Shown one piece after another: positions 1 through 14,300 of a stretch of 64,000 bases of DNA (positions are counted from its first letter, which is position 1; each line of letters opens with the position of its first letter). The notes beneath the pieces are model-generated. The model saw only the letters and a program-made list of their open reading frames with translations, was not told the origin of the DNA and made no database searches. Source of the stretch: Perna viridis (Eukaryota); contig CM074515.1 of assembly GCA_037379345.1 (NCBI GenBank), forward strand, positions 39,623,743 to 39,687,742. Direction: 5' to 3'. The position numbers were made by a program, and so were the translations under genes.

Positions 1-300
1 CCCAGCCACATACATTTTTGTACTTTATGTGCCTGTCCCAAGCTAGGAACCTGTAGTCATATAATTGTCCTTTTTTTATGTTCATTGTTATTTGTTTTAT
101 TTTTTTTGTATAGATTACCGGTAGGTGGATTTTGTCTTTAAGACTAGTGTTTTTGATTTTGGGGTCTTTTACAGATTGCTTTATGGTATGAATTTAGCAC
201 ATCATTGAAGACAATGTGGTGACCTGAAGAAGTTTGTTTGTTACTTGGTATTTGACGGATGACTGTCTCATTGGCAATCATACCACATCTTTTTTTTTTT
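1..300 (+). repeat. 3' part of a dispersed SINE-like/retroelement repeat
   Basis: Contains tgcctgtcccaagctaggaacc and ends ...ttggcaatcataccacatc(T)n. A related motif occurs at ~62050 (cgcctgtgccgagtcagagcc). Confidence 0.5.
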
Positions 301-3300
301 AAATCAAATGCCAGAATGACTTTGCAGAAAGGAACCTTTGTCTGTTTTTCACATTGGAAATTTACAATTTTAATTTTTTTACTTTCAGTTTGCATATAAA
401 ATGACCTAAGGTCAGGACTTCTTCTAAGTAATAATAAATATGATCTGTTTATATGTCATTCAATTCAGCTGTATACATGTATCTTTCTCTACTGTTCCAC
501 AGGTTGTTCAATAATAGAGCTTGCCATAGATAAAATATAGCTATGACTGTATTATCCAAATCTAAGCATAGTTTTTATAAGATAGAAAAGGCAATCATTA
601 TCTCTTTGCCATTGGCATTTATGCTGTAACAGGTCAGGTCCACTAGAATATTTGTCCTGCAAAAGGTAGGAAGAAGATTGACTTTCAAATATTCTTGTTT
701 TTTTTGTTGGACTATGCCTAACAAAACGTTACCAGAAACATCCTTTCTTACCTTCACAATCTTGGAAATCATGTATTTATATTTTAAATAGGTTTGAAAG
801 TCTCGTCCCAGTTTCATTTTCCATACTGGAATTTTCATTGTAGAACGTTTTGAAATCCAACTACCGATCTGGATTTAATTGTTTTATTGTTCATATCATT
901 CCTTACAAAACATGCTAATTTTCACACAGTTTCATGGGACTTCGGTTAAATTTATTTCTATTGATAATTTGGTAGAAAACCCAAAGCATTTCTTTTTATC
1001 TTCTTGTTTCACAACTGAACAGGAAATTTTTCATTTCAATGGAACATTTCTAAAGCTTGAGACAAGTTCGTACCCACTGCTACAATATGCATCAATAAAT
1101 TTTGTCTTGATTTGTCAGTAAAAAATTTATAACTCGATTATTGATACTCTTGTCAGATCAACTTTTATTGAGAGACTGGATATTTTGAACAAGAAATCAT
1201 TGGTTAAGTGGGACCTGGAAAAACAAAACAAAACAAAATGAAAATTCCAACTGAATGTCACTCCCTGAAATTTTCCAGTGCTGCCAAAAAGACATCAATT
1301 GGACAATTGTATCGGGAGAGGACTTCATAAGTGGGATTTCACTTGTGTCCAATCCTACTGCTTTATTTGCAATGAAATATGTTTGAACTACTGGACAATG
1401 CATTACAAGAAGCTTTGCTTTACTTAATCATATAAATTAATTTTGTTGTAATAAATTTGGTAAGGGGTAGAGGTCAAGGAGTTAAATATAGAAGGATTCG
1501 CATCTCGTAAATTATCGCATTATCTCGCATGGTGAGATTGCAGTATACTAGCCACAGCTACTTGTTGCCTATACAGTCAACATTAGGTCATATAAAACAT
1601 TTATATTACAAAAGCAGGGGAAGCTACAACTATAAACATCCTTATATACACAGACCATTTTAATCAATTTAAAGCAAATTTTATGATGATCGTTTGGATT
1701 TTGAAGGAGTTAGAACTTTAATTTAGGAAGAAATGCCTTTCTCGAGGGCACGACTCTGGCCGCCATTTTTTTATATCAACAGTTGGTCAAATAAAAACGT
1801 TGATATCACACAAGAATGGGAGGCTACAGCAACAAGATTTCTGATATACACCCTCGGACCATTTGTGCTCAATTTGAAATAAATTTTATGATTGATCGGA
1901 TTTTTAAGGAGTTTAAATTTTAAATGAGGACGGTGACCACCCTCGAAGGTAGGGTTACGCAGTCAGGAGTCAAAAGAAAGGCTTGTATAAACATTAATAT
2001 AACCATGACAATTGATCTGGTTTGGAAAAAGGAGCTTGAATTTTTAATGAGGAAGGAAGTACGCCTTCGAAGGTGGGACCAGGTTGAAAATTTGATGGAG
2101 ATTAAGGTCTCGAATATCGACGTACTGATCAAAACAAAACATTGAAAAAGTCTGGAAGCAACTTTCGGTGGGATATTTTAATTTGTTTTTCAAACCATAT
2201 GGGTCAGAATACCTACACTTATGGTGATAAAATGTTGAAGCAATGGAAATCATCCGCCATTAAGAGGGCACGCTCAGCATCAACAAAATGCATCATGGGT
2301 AATCTCACTGTATATCACCCCACGCAACATATTTGTTATTGTGCAATGTAAAATTGTGCTAGAGTCCAATCCTTGCTATATATAAATCCTTGCAGAGGTA
2401 TAGATTAAAATTCAATTTTATGAATATACAGCCAATCATTCAGTCAGCAGGCTGATTTCATTTTGTCCAAAATATTTAGTTTCTTACACATGCACATTGT
2501 AGCTTAAAAAAAAACAGAAACGTTTACCTCAATGAAAGAAAATAAACATATAAAAATGCCTGTTTATATATTGTGTGATTTTAAGAAGCATACAACATAT
2601 AATTAAAAAAAAAAAAAAAACATTAGTAAATGATGTGAGCAGGCGTCCACTTCTCCCTATTGTCTCTCTGAAAGAGAAGTCATTTCTCACTGTTTTTCTC
2701 AAGTAACTTGAGACCTGTCGTTTACTTCTGGGATCTCAAGAGTACTGCATTACAATGCAAAATCCTCTATCTATTGCCTGCCTTCACATTTTATCATGTA
2801 GAACGAATTTTTGTCATTTTTATCACTATTTTTACCAGAGAAAGATTTTTGGCTTTTAATACTTGAAATCAAAGGCCTGTAAAAAAGACAAATAAAATCC
2901 ATAAATTTGAATGGTAGACTTGGACCCATTCTCGTGAAACTACAGTCACGTGAAGAGACTTACATACAACATTTGAATAATATGTAATTTCAAGTATGGT
3001 GAGGCTCATGGTCTCTTACGGTTAAATATGCAATGCCTACTCCATAGTATGACAAATTTCAATCCTCTAATAGCAAGCACCGTGAAGCGGTGTGAGCTCT
3101 ACGGTTATTACATGTACTATCTAAATTTCCTTAACTTCTCCAATATCCCAGCGAAAAAAAAAGTCATGACCCTGAAATAAAAAAAACTGACTGTCCTTAC
3201 AGAGAAAATTCAATGTTTTCTTTAATCAAACAAATAAAATTAAATAGGTGAAAACCCATGTTTCAGTAAAAATAGCTGCATTTTTCTAATAGTTTTCGAG

Positions 3301-6300
3301 TCTTCCCTTTTCTTTTCTACTCATTAAAACAAGAGAATATTTGATGTGATTTCATAAAGTTCGAAAAAAACATGGGTATAAGTACGTGTACCTCAACTGT
3401 TGCCTTTGTCAAGAACCTAACTTGCTTTGGAAAAAATAATACTCTGATTGTATTATTCAAATCGGAGCATAAGTTTTCAAGCTTAGGTTTTCTAAGATAT
3501 GAAAGGCAATCATTTTCTTTTTTAATATACATATATCCTGTCAGTTGGGTCCCAATTTTGTATACAATTTTTTGTATGTCACATGATATGTGCAAAATAT
3601 TCCCACCATCTGAACGAGAACTGTAATACTTCTGGAATCTTTACAAATTCATTAATACTTCTGGTATCTTTACAAGTTAATTAGACCATCTAAATCTAGG
3701 GCTGCATGTAGGGGTTAAAAAATGATAAATTGAAGTGTTACCAAACATCAATTATTTTGTAAGTCTGATGGGGCAGGAATATTTTTTGAAAAAAAAAATT
3801 AATATGTTTATAATATTCATTTATTGAAAAAAAAATTAAAAATGATTCTACATTTCCCCCCATTATTTGACAAGGCAGATTTTTAATTCACTTGCTGTTG
3901 AAATATAAATAAATATTGCGCTTTGCCCAAAAATTTCTTATCCGACCCTCCCCCTTTTTGAATTTGAGTTTTGTGTCCTAGTCCTAGACTAGAGGCTGGG
4001 GGTTGGTTATGCTCACGGTGCTCGCTCATGTAAGCAATGAAAACTCCATATAAAAAAATGTTTTTGGAAAAATGGTACAAGAGACAAACCACCTTAAACA
4101 TAAGCATATTTCTTAGTGGCATATAGGGGACGAACAATGCACATATATATTTTTGAGACTGTACCACTACCACTGACACTGTCATACCCTAGCTTGTCGC
4201 AGTTGTGGACATTTCAAGATACTGTACTGTCAAAAAGCCAACTGAATACAAATCAGCCGATTCTATATGGCATGTAAATACAGCACTTACCCTTACTGTC
4301 AAAGATATTATGTATTTTTTCGCCTCTTCATGTTGTCGTATCGAAAATTTGACAGTCCACCATTTTGATTCCAAGGTGATATGTCAACTATCCTTACTGT
4401 GTTATTGCGCGTTGGACTTACTTTTACTATTTGTATTATTTATATGCAATATTTATAGATTTTTTAAAAGATTGTTCTTTGATAATGCATCTTTTGTTGT
4501 TATTTCCCAAGAAAAGTAACATCATGCCATCTGTCAATGGACTATTTCTTTATTCACGGGAGATAACCCCAACAAACAAAGATTGCTGTTCAATCCAAAA
4601 CGTAAAATCCTGCTGAAAAAAATCCTCTTGTTCCAAAACTAAATGTTTGCTTGTTTATTGATATAAACCCTTGTTTGAACTTGATTTTTTCATGTTTTCT
4701 TTTTTGATATACAAATAAAAAAAACTTTTCTATCTTAACTACATACAGGATAGATGAACAGCTGACAGAAAGAGTGGACTTGACATATCACCTTGGAATC
4801 AAAACACATCATGAACAACCAATATTAATAAATTACTTTTCAGATGACGTTTTTTCCCCACTCTGGAGTATATATTTGTAAGAAAAAAAGAACATCACAC
4901 ATCAGTTTAAATCATGACTTTGTAGGACTTCCATAAATGTCAAAATGTTTCAAAAGTACAATTTTATTAAACAGTAAAAATCTTGAAGGAAAAATTAAAA
5001 ACACTCAAAGAAGTAAATTCTCTTGTAATATACTAAATAATTCAATACAACACTGTTCCCTATTTATGGATAATTACCTGTAAATGTTTTTAAAATACAT
5101 TTAATTTCTAACCAATTTTCCATGCCATGCACTTTTATTGCCTTTGACAAAATTGTTACTTGAAATGACATCATAAATATCATTTTTTTTTGTTTTATTC
5201 AAACAGTCTTTCATATACTCCATATCTATAAACAAGTAAATTTTTTGCCTACCTTCATTTAATAGTTATAAATAGATTACAGAATTACAAATTCAAAGAC
5301 TATTTCTTATTAGCTCATGAACATACATGCATATGGTGATGAAAATAACAACTGATTTCTGAAATTTGTTTTTTTTTAATTTTATAATTATAACTATGTC
5401 ACCCTTAATTGTGATGAACTATTTCCAAGCCAATGAAATTTACCTGAAAATTTAATTATATGGAAAGTGTTAAAGTAGTTGAGAGTGTTCAGTTAAAGTG
5501 ATAATGAAATTTAATCAAGAGATGTCACTTTGATTAAATAATATAATATTGATTAATTTTCAAAGAGATGTTTATTAGACATCAATATAAGTCTATGATA
5601 ATTATTTTCAGAACTTTTTTGCAAAAATCCACTGATCTTAAATATAATTATATAAGCTCAAGATCATTGATAAACAGTCCAATAACTATTTTGTAAGTAC
5701 ATCTTATTAACAATCTGGTATTATATTGTTTCTATAAATATAGTTGTTCAATTATGGAATTCTTAATACTCCAAAGGGTCAGGTCTCTGATTTGACTCAT
5801 ATAAATGTTATACATAATTATATATGTTTACACACTTCAATTTGACAATTTATTTACAACATAAAAATTATGTACATAAAATAATTCTTTTCTGTGGTAT
5901 CAAATTGAATTTTCTGATATGATATAAAACCTCACTCATTCATTCTAAATCTTTATGTGTATTTTGCCAGTTTTCCTGGTCTAGTCTTAGTTCGTAGATT
6001 CTTGATCCAATAAGTTCTCTTTGCTTTTTCTTTCTAGAGCCAATGGTAAATACATAAAATTAATCTTCTTCATTTTAATTTGGTACATCATTATAAGAGG
6101 TGGTAGTGCTAACTTTATGCATGTACCGCTTTGAAGTAGACACTAAACACAATATGGATTAGACTCTTAAGAAAATGCTGGGTTTACTAAAATGTATTAA
6201 TCTTGGAAGATCTATGAACGACTGGTCAGAAATATTTCTGATTCAATATGAAGTTGTTCTCAAGTTGTTGAATGGGCACAAAGTAACTATGAACAGACAG

Positions 6301-6332
6301 ACAGGCAAAGACTAAATATACAATGTTTTTGC

Positions 6333-6540
6333 AAGAGTAATCAAGGGAAGCAAGGTTACAGCGGTAATCAAAATAATGTAATCCAGGGACAAAGACCAGA
6401 CATGGAAAACAGACATACACACCAAAGTAACAAATTTCAAATGAGCAATCGGACTCCACTAAGAACTGGGAGCATGGACCAGTTGCACCAGTAGGGTAAG
6501 TGTCCTCTGCTTTTCTAGAAACACCCAAGTTGCTCATAAA
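6333..6540 (-). mobile_element. 5'-truncated 3'-UTR fragment of the Penelope-like RT family
   Basis: Near-identical to 59362-59602 and the reverse complement of 52935-53158. Shares the 3' end ...CCCTTGATTACTCT. Confidence 0.85.
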
Positions 6541-8294
6541 TTTAGTTTATCTTGAAAAAAAAATGAATACTGAATACTTTTTAATGATACACAAAGTGGG
6601 AAATATGAACACATTTTTTTTCTTTATTTAATAGCACTTAAAATCATTCTTACAATTATGAAAACATAAAGTCATACAATAATAACAATTTATTGCAAAG
6701 TCATTGACAATGTGTAATTTAATCTCCATATAATGCATTTTTTAAGACAAGATAAGTATATGTAGGTGAAGATGGAAGACTTCTGACAGGCTCTAACAAA
6801 CCTGATATGATTCCCTAAAAAGATTCATTGAGAACTAGAAACAAAAATTGCACAACCACTTTATAGATGATGGTATTATACAAGCTTAAAATAAACACAG
6901 GACAAAAGCTCCCCCCCATGAGAAATTATTTTATCAATTATGAATAATATTTCTATCAATACTGCAAGTGTAAAATTTGAAATTTAATATTTTTGCAACT
7001 TATACTATGTGGATTAATATAAAAATGTATAAATACCAGAATTGTAAGGTTTAAACATTTATTTTGTTTTGAAATTTTATTTAAGTCTAAGTTTTAAAGT
7101 TTAGATGAATAGTATAATCAATTAATTATATTGTATTTTTATCTCTTGTTGAATATTACAGTGCTTCAATAATTAAATTGTTAACATTTTAACCTTTTGT
7201 TGTTTCTTTTTAAGACAATATAAGGCTTTTGTCCAGGGGGCTTATGTCCTAGACCCCACAAGATGTAGTGTGAGATCCCTAGTCCTATGCAATTTGTCTT
7301 CGGAAGTTTTATTTCCTTGTTTGAATAAGATAAAAACAATAATGATACCTTAGGAGGGATATTCACTAGCCTGTTCAGTCTTAGTTTTAGATAAGTATAG
7401 AAAAAAGTAAACAAAAGCCAATTAATAAAATAGCCATAATATGGGAAGACATTTTAAAATAATAATGTGTATAGCAGTCTTTCATTTAGATCCAAAACCT
7501 TACTAGGCTGTTACAGGGAGAACACTGAAATAACAAATGCAGAGGTGCACTAAAATGCAACAAAATGTTTTAATAGTGTATGAAAGGTTTACATGCCAAA
7601 CATTATATGATGGTATACATGACATTATATTTTGTTCATATCTGCTGATAATTATTGATTCAATATACATAGGCATAGCCTGTTATCCAATTCCTTTATT
7701 TATTCAATAAAATATTTGAAATGAAATAAAATCATTTTGGTGAAAATAAAAATCTGGGTCAAAACTCAATGATATGACTAATTTTTTCAATATATTATAA
7801 CAAACCTGAAATGAGATTTCCAATCTACAAGTACATGCAAATATATGTTATTTTATGGGATGGAAGAATGGGAAGAACATGGGTCTGGAAAGATTTCATG
7901 TAATAGTTTGTGATGGGAAAGCAAGTACTGTGCGAGGAGATATGTTTCCATTTCTTTAATCTCAGTCAAGCTCTCATTGCAAATTCTATAGGTTTGAAGT
8001 CTGAATAGTTTACTTATATATAATTCTTCACATTCAGAACATAATATACTTGTGTACTTGTACCAAGTTTCATGATGAACTGACTACATCTTTATAAATA
8101 AAAACTTCTTAATGAAAATCTAAACCTTGTACATGATAGTTTACAGACAAATACACAGGCTGAAAATCTAATCGCTGATTACAGTGCTAGTGAGCATGAT
8201 AATGAAGCACTGTGTCAAGTGCTGCATCATATTTAACAATTAATAATTGATACAAATAAATAACTTCCACAGACATCAGCTTTATCACCAGTGT

Positions 8295-8387
8295 TTAGTC
8301 TTTACATAAATCAGCTCTTTCTTTAAACTGTCTTTCCACTGCTTTGTCCAATGCCTTCAGAAAATCACCCAAAGAAACTACAGCACT
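8295..8387 (-). CDS. TRIP13: TRIP13 last coding exon ([30 protein letters not shown])
   Basis: Matches the TRIP13 C-terminal helix (FLxAL..AV..QF.ER). AAG-type acceptor. TAA at 8297-8295. Confidence 0.92.
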   Translation of the reverse strand, partial: SAVVSLGDFLKALDKAVERQFKERADLCKD

Positions 8388-11300
8388 CTTCAAATAATAA
8401 AAATATGCATACCATAAAAAGTTGTGTATATAAACATTTCACGTACATAAATAATTCAGAATAGTATAAAACTATCATGCTTCAAACATATGAAAATAGC
8501 TGTAACTGTGTGAAAGTGTTTTCTTTTGGAAGATAACCTTCCATATCTACTTACAAGCACCTTAAAAAATCCTGGTATACATGTACTATATATATAGTAT
8601 ATCTTAAACACATAGAAAACATGTACTATATATAGTATATCTAGAACATATAGAAAACCTGTACTGTACATAGTATATATAGAACACATAGAAAACCTGT
8701 ACTGTACATAGTATATATAGAACACATAGAAAACCTGTACTGTATAAAGTATATCTAGAACACATAGAATCACACAGAAAACCTGTACTGTACATAGTAT
8801 ATCTAGAACACATAGAAAACCTGTACTGTATAAAGTATATCTAGAACACATAGAAAACCTGTACTGTACTTAGTATATCTATAACATATAGAAATCCTGT
8901 ACTGTACATAGTATATCTAGAACATGTAGAAAACCTGTACTATATATAGTATATCTATAACACATAGAAAACCTGTACTGTACAGAGTATATCTAGAACA
9001 CATAGAAAACCTGTACTGTACAGAGTATATCTAGAACACATAGAAAACCTGTACTATAGATAGTATATCTAGAACACATAGAAACACACAGAAAACCTGT
9101 ACTGTACATAGTATATCTAGAACACATAGAAAACCTGTACTGTACATAGTATATCTAGAACACATAGAAAACCTGTACTGTACATAGTATATTTAGAACA
9201 CATAGAAAACCTGTACTGTGTAAAGTATATCTAGAACACATAGAAAACCTGTACTGTATATAGTATATCTAGAACACATAGAAAACCTGTACTGTACAGA
9301 GTATATCTAGAACACATAGAAAACCTGTACTGTACATAGTATGTCTAGAACACATAGAAAACCTGTACTGTAACTAATGTAAAATTTGGCTAGTAAGCAG
9401 AAACTCAACACAGTATCAATTTGGATAGCAACACGACAAAGCAATGTACTGTTTATCATGAATGTAATAAATAACCCCCCCCCCCAAAAAAAAACCCCCC
9501 AAAAAACAGCTTCTGACATATGTCAAATCCTACAAACAAAAGGTGTCAAAACATGTATTCATATATTTATTTATCTCTGTAAAGAATTGGGATATTTTGC
9601 CATTTTTCTCTCTTAAATTTCACCAAATAACACTTTTGTTCCTCAATATTTATTTTTATTTATTGTAGAACATGTTTGACAGTTTTATCCTGGTGTATTT
9701 GTTCTACGTATTTTTTTAAGCTATGTGCTAATCTCTAATCTTCAATGCAATGATACTGGAAATTTCTATTACTTTGCAAGTATTTCTAGGATGGCAAAGC
9801 ATTCTAATCTTCTGCTGTACAATTCTGCATAGGCTATTTTGTTGTGGTACTGTTCTGTATAGGCTATTTTGTTGTGGTACTGTTCTGTACAGGCTATTTT
9901 GTTGTGGTACATTTCTGTATAGGCTATTTTGTTTAGGTACTTTTCTGTATAGTATATTTTGTTGTGGCACTTTTCAGTACAGGCTTTTTTGTTGTGGTTC
10001 TGTTCTTTACAGGCTATTTTGTTGTGGTACTGTTCTGTATAGGCTATTTTGTTGTGGTACATTTCTATACAGGCTATTTTGTTGTGGTACTGTCTATACA
10101 GGTTATTTTGTTGTGGTACATTTCTGTATAGGCTATTTTGCTATGGTACATTTCTGTATAGGCTATTTTGTTGAGGTACTGTTCTGTATAGGCTATTTTG
10201 TTATGGTACTTTCTGTATAGGCTGTTCTATTGTGGTACTCTTCTGTATAGACATTTTTCTGTACCGGTAATTGAACATTGTTTTAAGTACTGGTAAATCT
10301 GTCTAATCTTTGAACAGTAAAATTTAATGGATATCCAAAACAAACTGACTTTACTGATAAGAAATCTTAGAGCAGGAAGCACTGTATACATTTTTATCTT
10401 TCTTTTTTTTAAACTTGATGGTTGCACTCATGCATTTTTAACTTACCTGGACAAACATTGCATGTGCAATGAAAGGTAGCTTTCTAAGTGTTCTGCCACT
10501 CAAGCTGTGACTTTTTCTGCAAAGAATATAGAAGAAAGGGTAAAGTTATGACAGGCTACACTACAGCTAACGACTATTTGACGATTCCACTTGCCCACCG
10601 TGGAGAAATCAAGTTGTCCACGCTTTGCCCACCCTTAATGGTGTTTACTTAGGAATTAAGATAATTAGGTTTTTATACAAATGAAATGCTTTGAACTCTT
10701 ATTTTCCTTTTTTTTTCTTCTGAAGGCCGACATCGTAATTAAGTCTGTCATTATTGAAATGTAAACCTGGACTAATCAGAAAACAAAGTTGATATAATCT
10801 TTAAAGAAATTCATAAGGCTTTAATTTAAACATTTCCAGTTGCTACATGTATCATGTAATAATATTGTACATCTGACCAGAATGTTACAAATTGTAAAAT
10901 ATGATGTTCAAGAAAATCAAGTATTTGCGAACTCCTTATTTCCCTGACTACCCATTTAACGCTGCTGTATTTTCTTAGTGAAAGAATAGGTTTGAAGCAA
11001 ACGCAGGCAACTTTAACTTATGGTCTATAATTGACCAATTTCAGTATCTTGTCATTTCAAGAAAATTTTAAAGTGGCAAGATAATATGTGATCCAGAAAT
11101 ATTGAACCGCGTAGTTCATGAGTTTTCAAATGCCAACGGATTTAACTATGTATCATCCGATCACACGTTAGCCGAATATAGTAATGGGTGAAAATTCCCC
11201 CTCTTAAGTTTAATATGCAGTTAGTTTTTAAAGATTTAGCGCATAAAAGACGGTTGAACGAATTATTTCTTCTGGTTTTTTCCCTTCACTTAGTTCAACA

Positions 11301-14300
11301 ATTTTGACTACGATTAGTTCTGTTATTATATAAAAAAGTAGCATACAATTTATAAATTACGATGTTCAAGAAAGTCGAGTATTCACGAATTACTTATTTT
11401 ACTGATGAGTTTCTTACGTAATAATTCTTAGGGGTGGCTTTTATATACTTTCGTTTTTAAACCAACAACAACAAAAATGCTTTAAGTGTCTGAATTTCTT
11501 ATGCAGATTTGGTAAACGCCTTTCAATCACTGCTTTTCACGTTTCATCAATAATCATGGCAACAGCTATCGATCGACAAACAATGTGCCTTATTTGCATA
11601 GATAATAAGAAGACTGAGTAATAATACACGAAAGTATTTAAAATTCTACACCGTCATTCATAAATATGTAACTTTAGAGATATATAGAAATATAAATATT
11701 GTTTTTTTTTTTTTCATAACTGCTGACGTTAAATCAAAATTTCAGACCTTTTGATTAAGACTTTTTAATTTTGTTTAATTACCGAAAATCTTCGCATATC
11801 AAAATGCACTTTCGAAAACAGATTTCCATTTAAGTGTTTTACTTTGAAATCACATTATATTTTTCTAGAATCTTCTCAAACTTTATTCCAGAAACATTAT
11901 TATTTTCATTTCCGAAATATTCATTGTTAGTTTTGGAATATACAAAAAGGTACATTGTAAATGACACAAGGGCAATCATATTTTTTCTTTTGAATAATAA
12001 AATATTCACTGTTCTTGTAAAACCATGCTCATTACACACATTTTTTTCTGTTTACAAAACGTAATAATCTTGTAATGTATTTGTGATATTTCATATCACA
12101 GCCACCTAGAAATAAAATTAATCAATGTGTTTAAAACATTAACTTATTAAGTCAAATCTCACTAATTGTACTGGAAATAGTGTGTATTATCTGTGTAATG
12201 TCACTACTTAATACCCAAGCGTGTCACACTTACCCAATATACAGGAAGTGGCCGATCAACTGCTAATTAACGGGATGGCATTGTTTGGTAATATTAAAGA
12301 ATTAAAAGAAACCTTATTTAATTTTCATGATTACAGAAGCGTATTAGGAACATCCTAAGTGTTTTATTTTAAATCAAAATTTTGACTTTTAAAACCTCTT
12401 TTAAAATAAAAATTGTTTGAATAACCCAAGTATGATCTAATAAAAACAAATCAAATTCTTTTAGTAAGAATTTTACTGCTTACTATATATAGAATAAATT
12501 AAACTAATTGGCACAAGTGTGTTGACTTCAAATGAAGTAGACCTTTTTCTGAAAATCTCAATACTAAAAAGGGACAAAAATGAGATTTTGTATGTTTTGC
12601 GTTATTATGTCTTCCACTTGTAGTTGTTGAAATGGATACATAATAAATTATCATATTTGAGAGTAACTTTCAAATTTTAGCAAAATCGTAACATCAGCCC
12701 TCGTTCGTTTCAATTATACATGAACATGTCCTTTCTCGAACTCCATAAAGATTGCACTCATCGTATATCTTATAATTTATTTTTTGTTACGGATGTTGAC
12801 AAAAAATAAACCAATTTATAACACCTCAATTTTAGTACACATAAACATCTAATCATGATTAAATCACCTACATGTCTTCTCAGGTACTTGTTAGTGCCAT
12901 TTTCTTATACGCGCAGGTTGACTCTCCAGTTCTTTAAACCACACCCTCAATATTCCTATAATTTATTATCTGTCAATCAACGATATTGCATCTTTCCTTC
13001 AAACCACACCGTTGACATTTAATTTAATTGACTACCCGTCAATCATAGGTCCAAGAAGGAACACCTGCATCTTCAGCCACCATGAAAAATTCATAGCAAC
13101 ATGATGCAGTAACATTGAAAAAAACAATGCAGTTGTAAATAGTTGTACATGTATCTTTCATAGGGGTGCACATCCGATCTTAGCTGATTTTCTTAAGGAA
13201 TTTTAAATAGTATAAGCAAAAGGAGGGTGCACTTTTTACATCATATGGGTGTAAAAGTATTTATCTCAGAATTCACCTTACAAGATTGATTGTTGTTCCC
13301 AAATTCATATAAGTTATGTTGAACTATTGATTATTTCTGAACACATTCTTATTCATCAAGTAACACTTGATGAACGTTAAATCAAATTTTCTAATATAAT
13401 TCAATTTATTTGTTTACAAGTAGTAGCACTGCACTGTATTCAAACATGCCGCTACTGTTAATTGATTAACTGTCAATTAAAGAGATCACATGGCACCTGT
13501 CAAAGGTTACCACAGGTACTTTGTTAAAATTCATTTGTTGGCAAATGACCACGCATCTCTGCATTAATCCCCGCCCTACAGGTAATTGATGACTGTCAAT
13601 TATAAAGAAGCTCTATTGACACCTGTGAAATATTTGTTACCGCAAGTTCATACAATTAGATATGCTTCTTATAATACAACAGGACTGTAATATTTATTAC
13701 ATAAGAATGAGTTTTAATTACGATTCCTGTTAAAACTAAACAAGATTTAAAAGTGACCAACAGAATGCGTGGGCAACATGTACAGATCAACATCAACAGA
13801 TGTCCACAGTGGGTCGATGGGAACGTGTCCAGGGGTGGACACAAATTGTCCACTATTACCCATGCCCACCGTGGGAAGAGGGAATCATCAAAATAGTCGT
13901 TAGCCGTAGTGTATATCAGAAAAGATTCAATATGATGAAACTGATCTAAACCTTACTCCTCTTCAATTAAAGGTTTAGTTCAATATATATCTTTCTGACT
14001 ATACAAAAAATATACCACAAAATGAACTGTTGCATGTTTTTTTCAAATTGAAAGTAACAAAGCTATCACACTAGGTGCTAGTTCCTCAAAATATTTTTTC
14101 TTTTTCTAGTATTTGCCAAACCTATACTCACATTGCTATATCCCTGAGCTGTAGACTTAGTCTTGTTGCATCATTCTGAATAAATCTCATCACCTCTAGC
14201 TGTCTCAGGTCAAACATTTGCTGAGCTGGACTTATTATTTTTGCCTAAAATAAACATATGAGATATCAAGCAAGGAAAAAAAAAACTAACATTTTATAAT

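Noticed and set aside
300-1420. Coding exons or a decayed L1/Tx1-like fragment
   Set aside because: Only vague resemblance, many stops in all frames and no diagnostic motif.
1480-3120. Helentron/Helitron-derived non-autonomous element
   Set aside because: Degenerate internal repeats (~1667, 1871, 2008) and a hairpin near 3077-3093 are suggestive, but the termini could not be defined.
8575-9372. CRISPR array
   Set aside because: No unique spacers, head-to-tail tandem units, eukaryotic intron context.
8456-10220. ORFs of 70-156 aa with repeating peptides
   Set aside because: They are translations of the 38-bp and 30-bp minisatellites.
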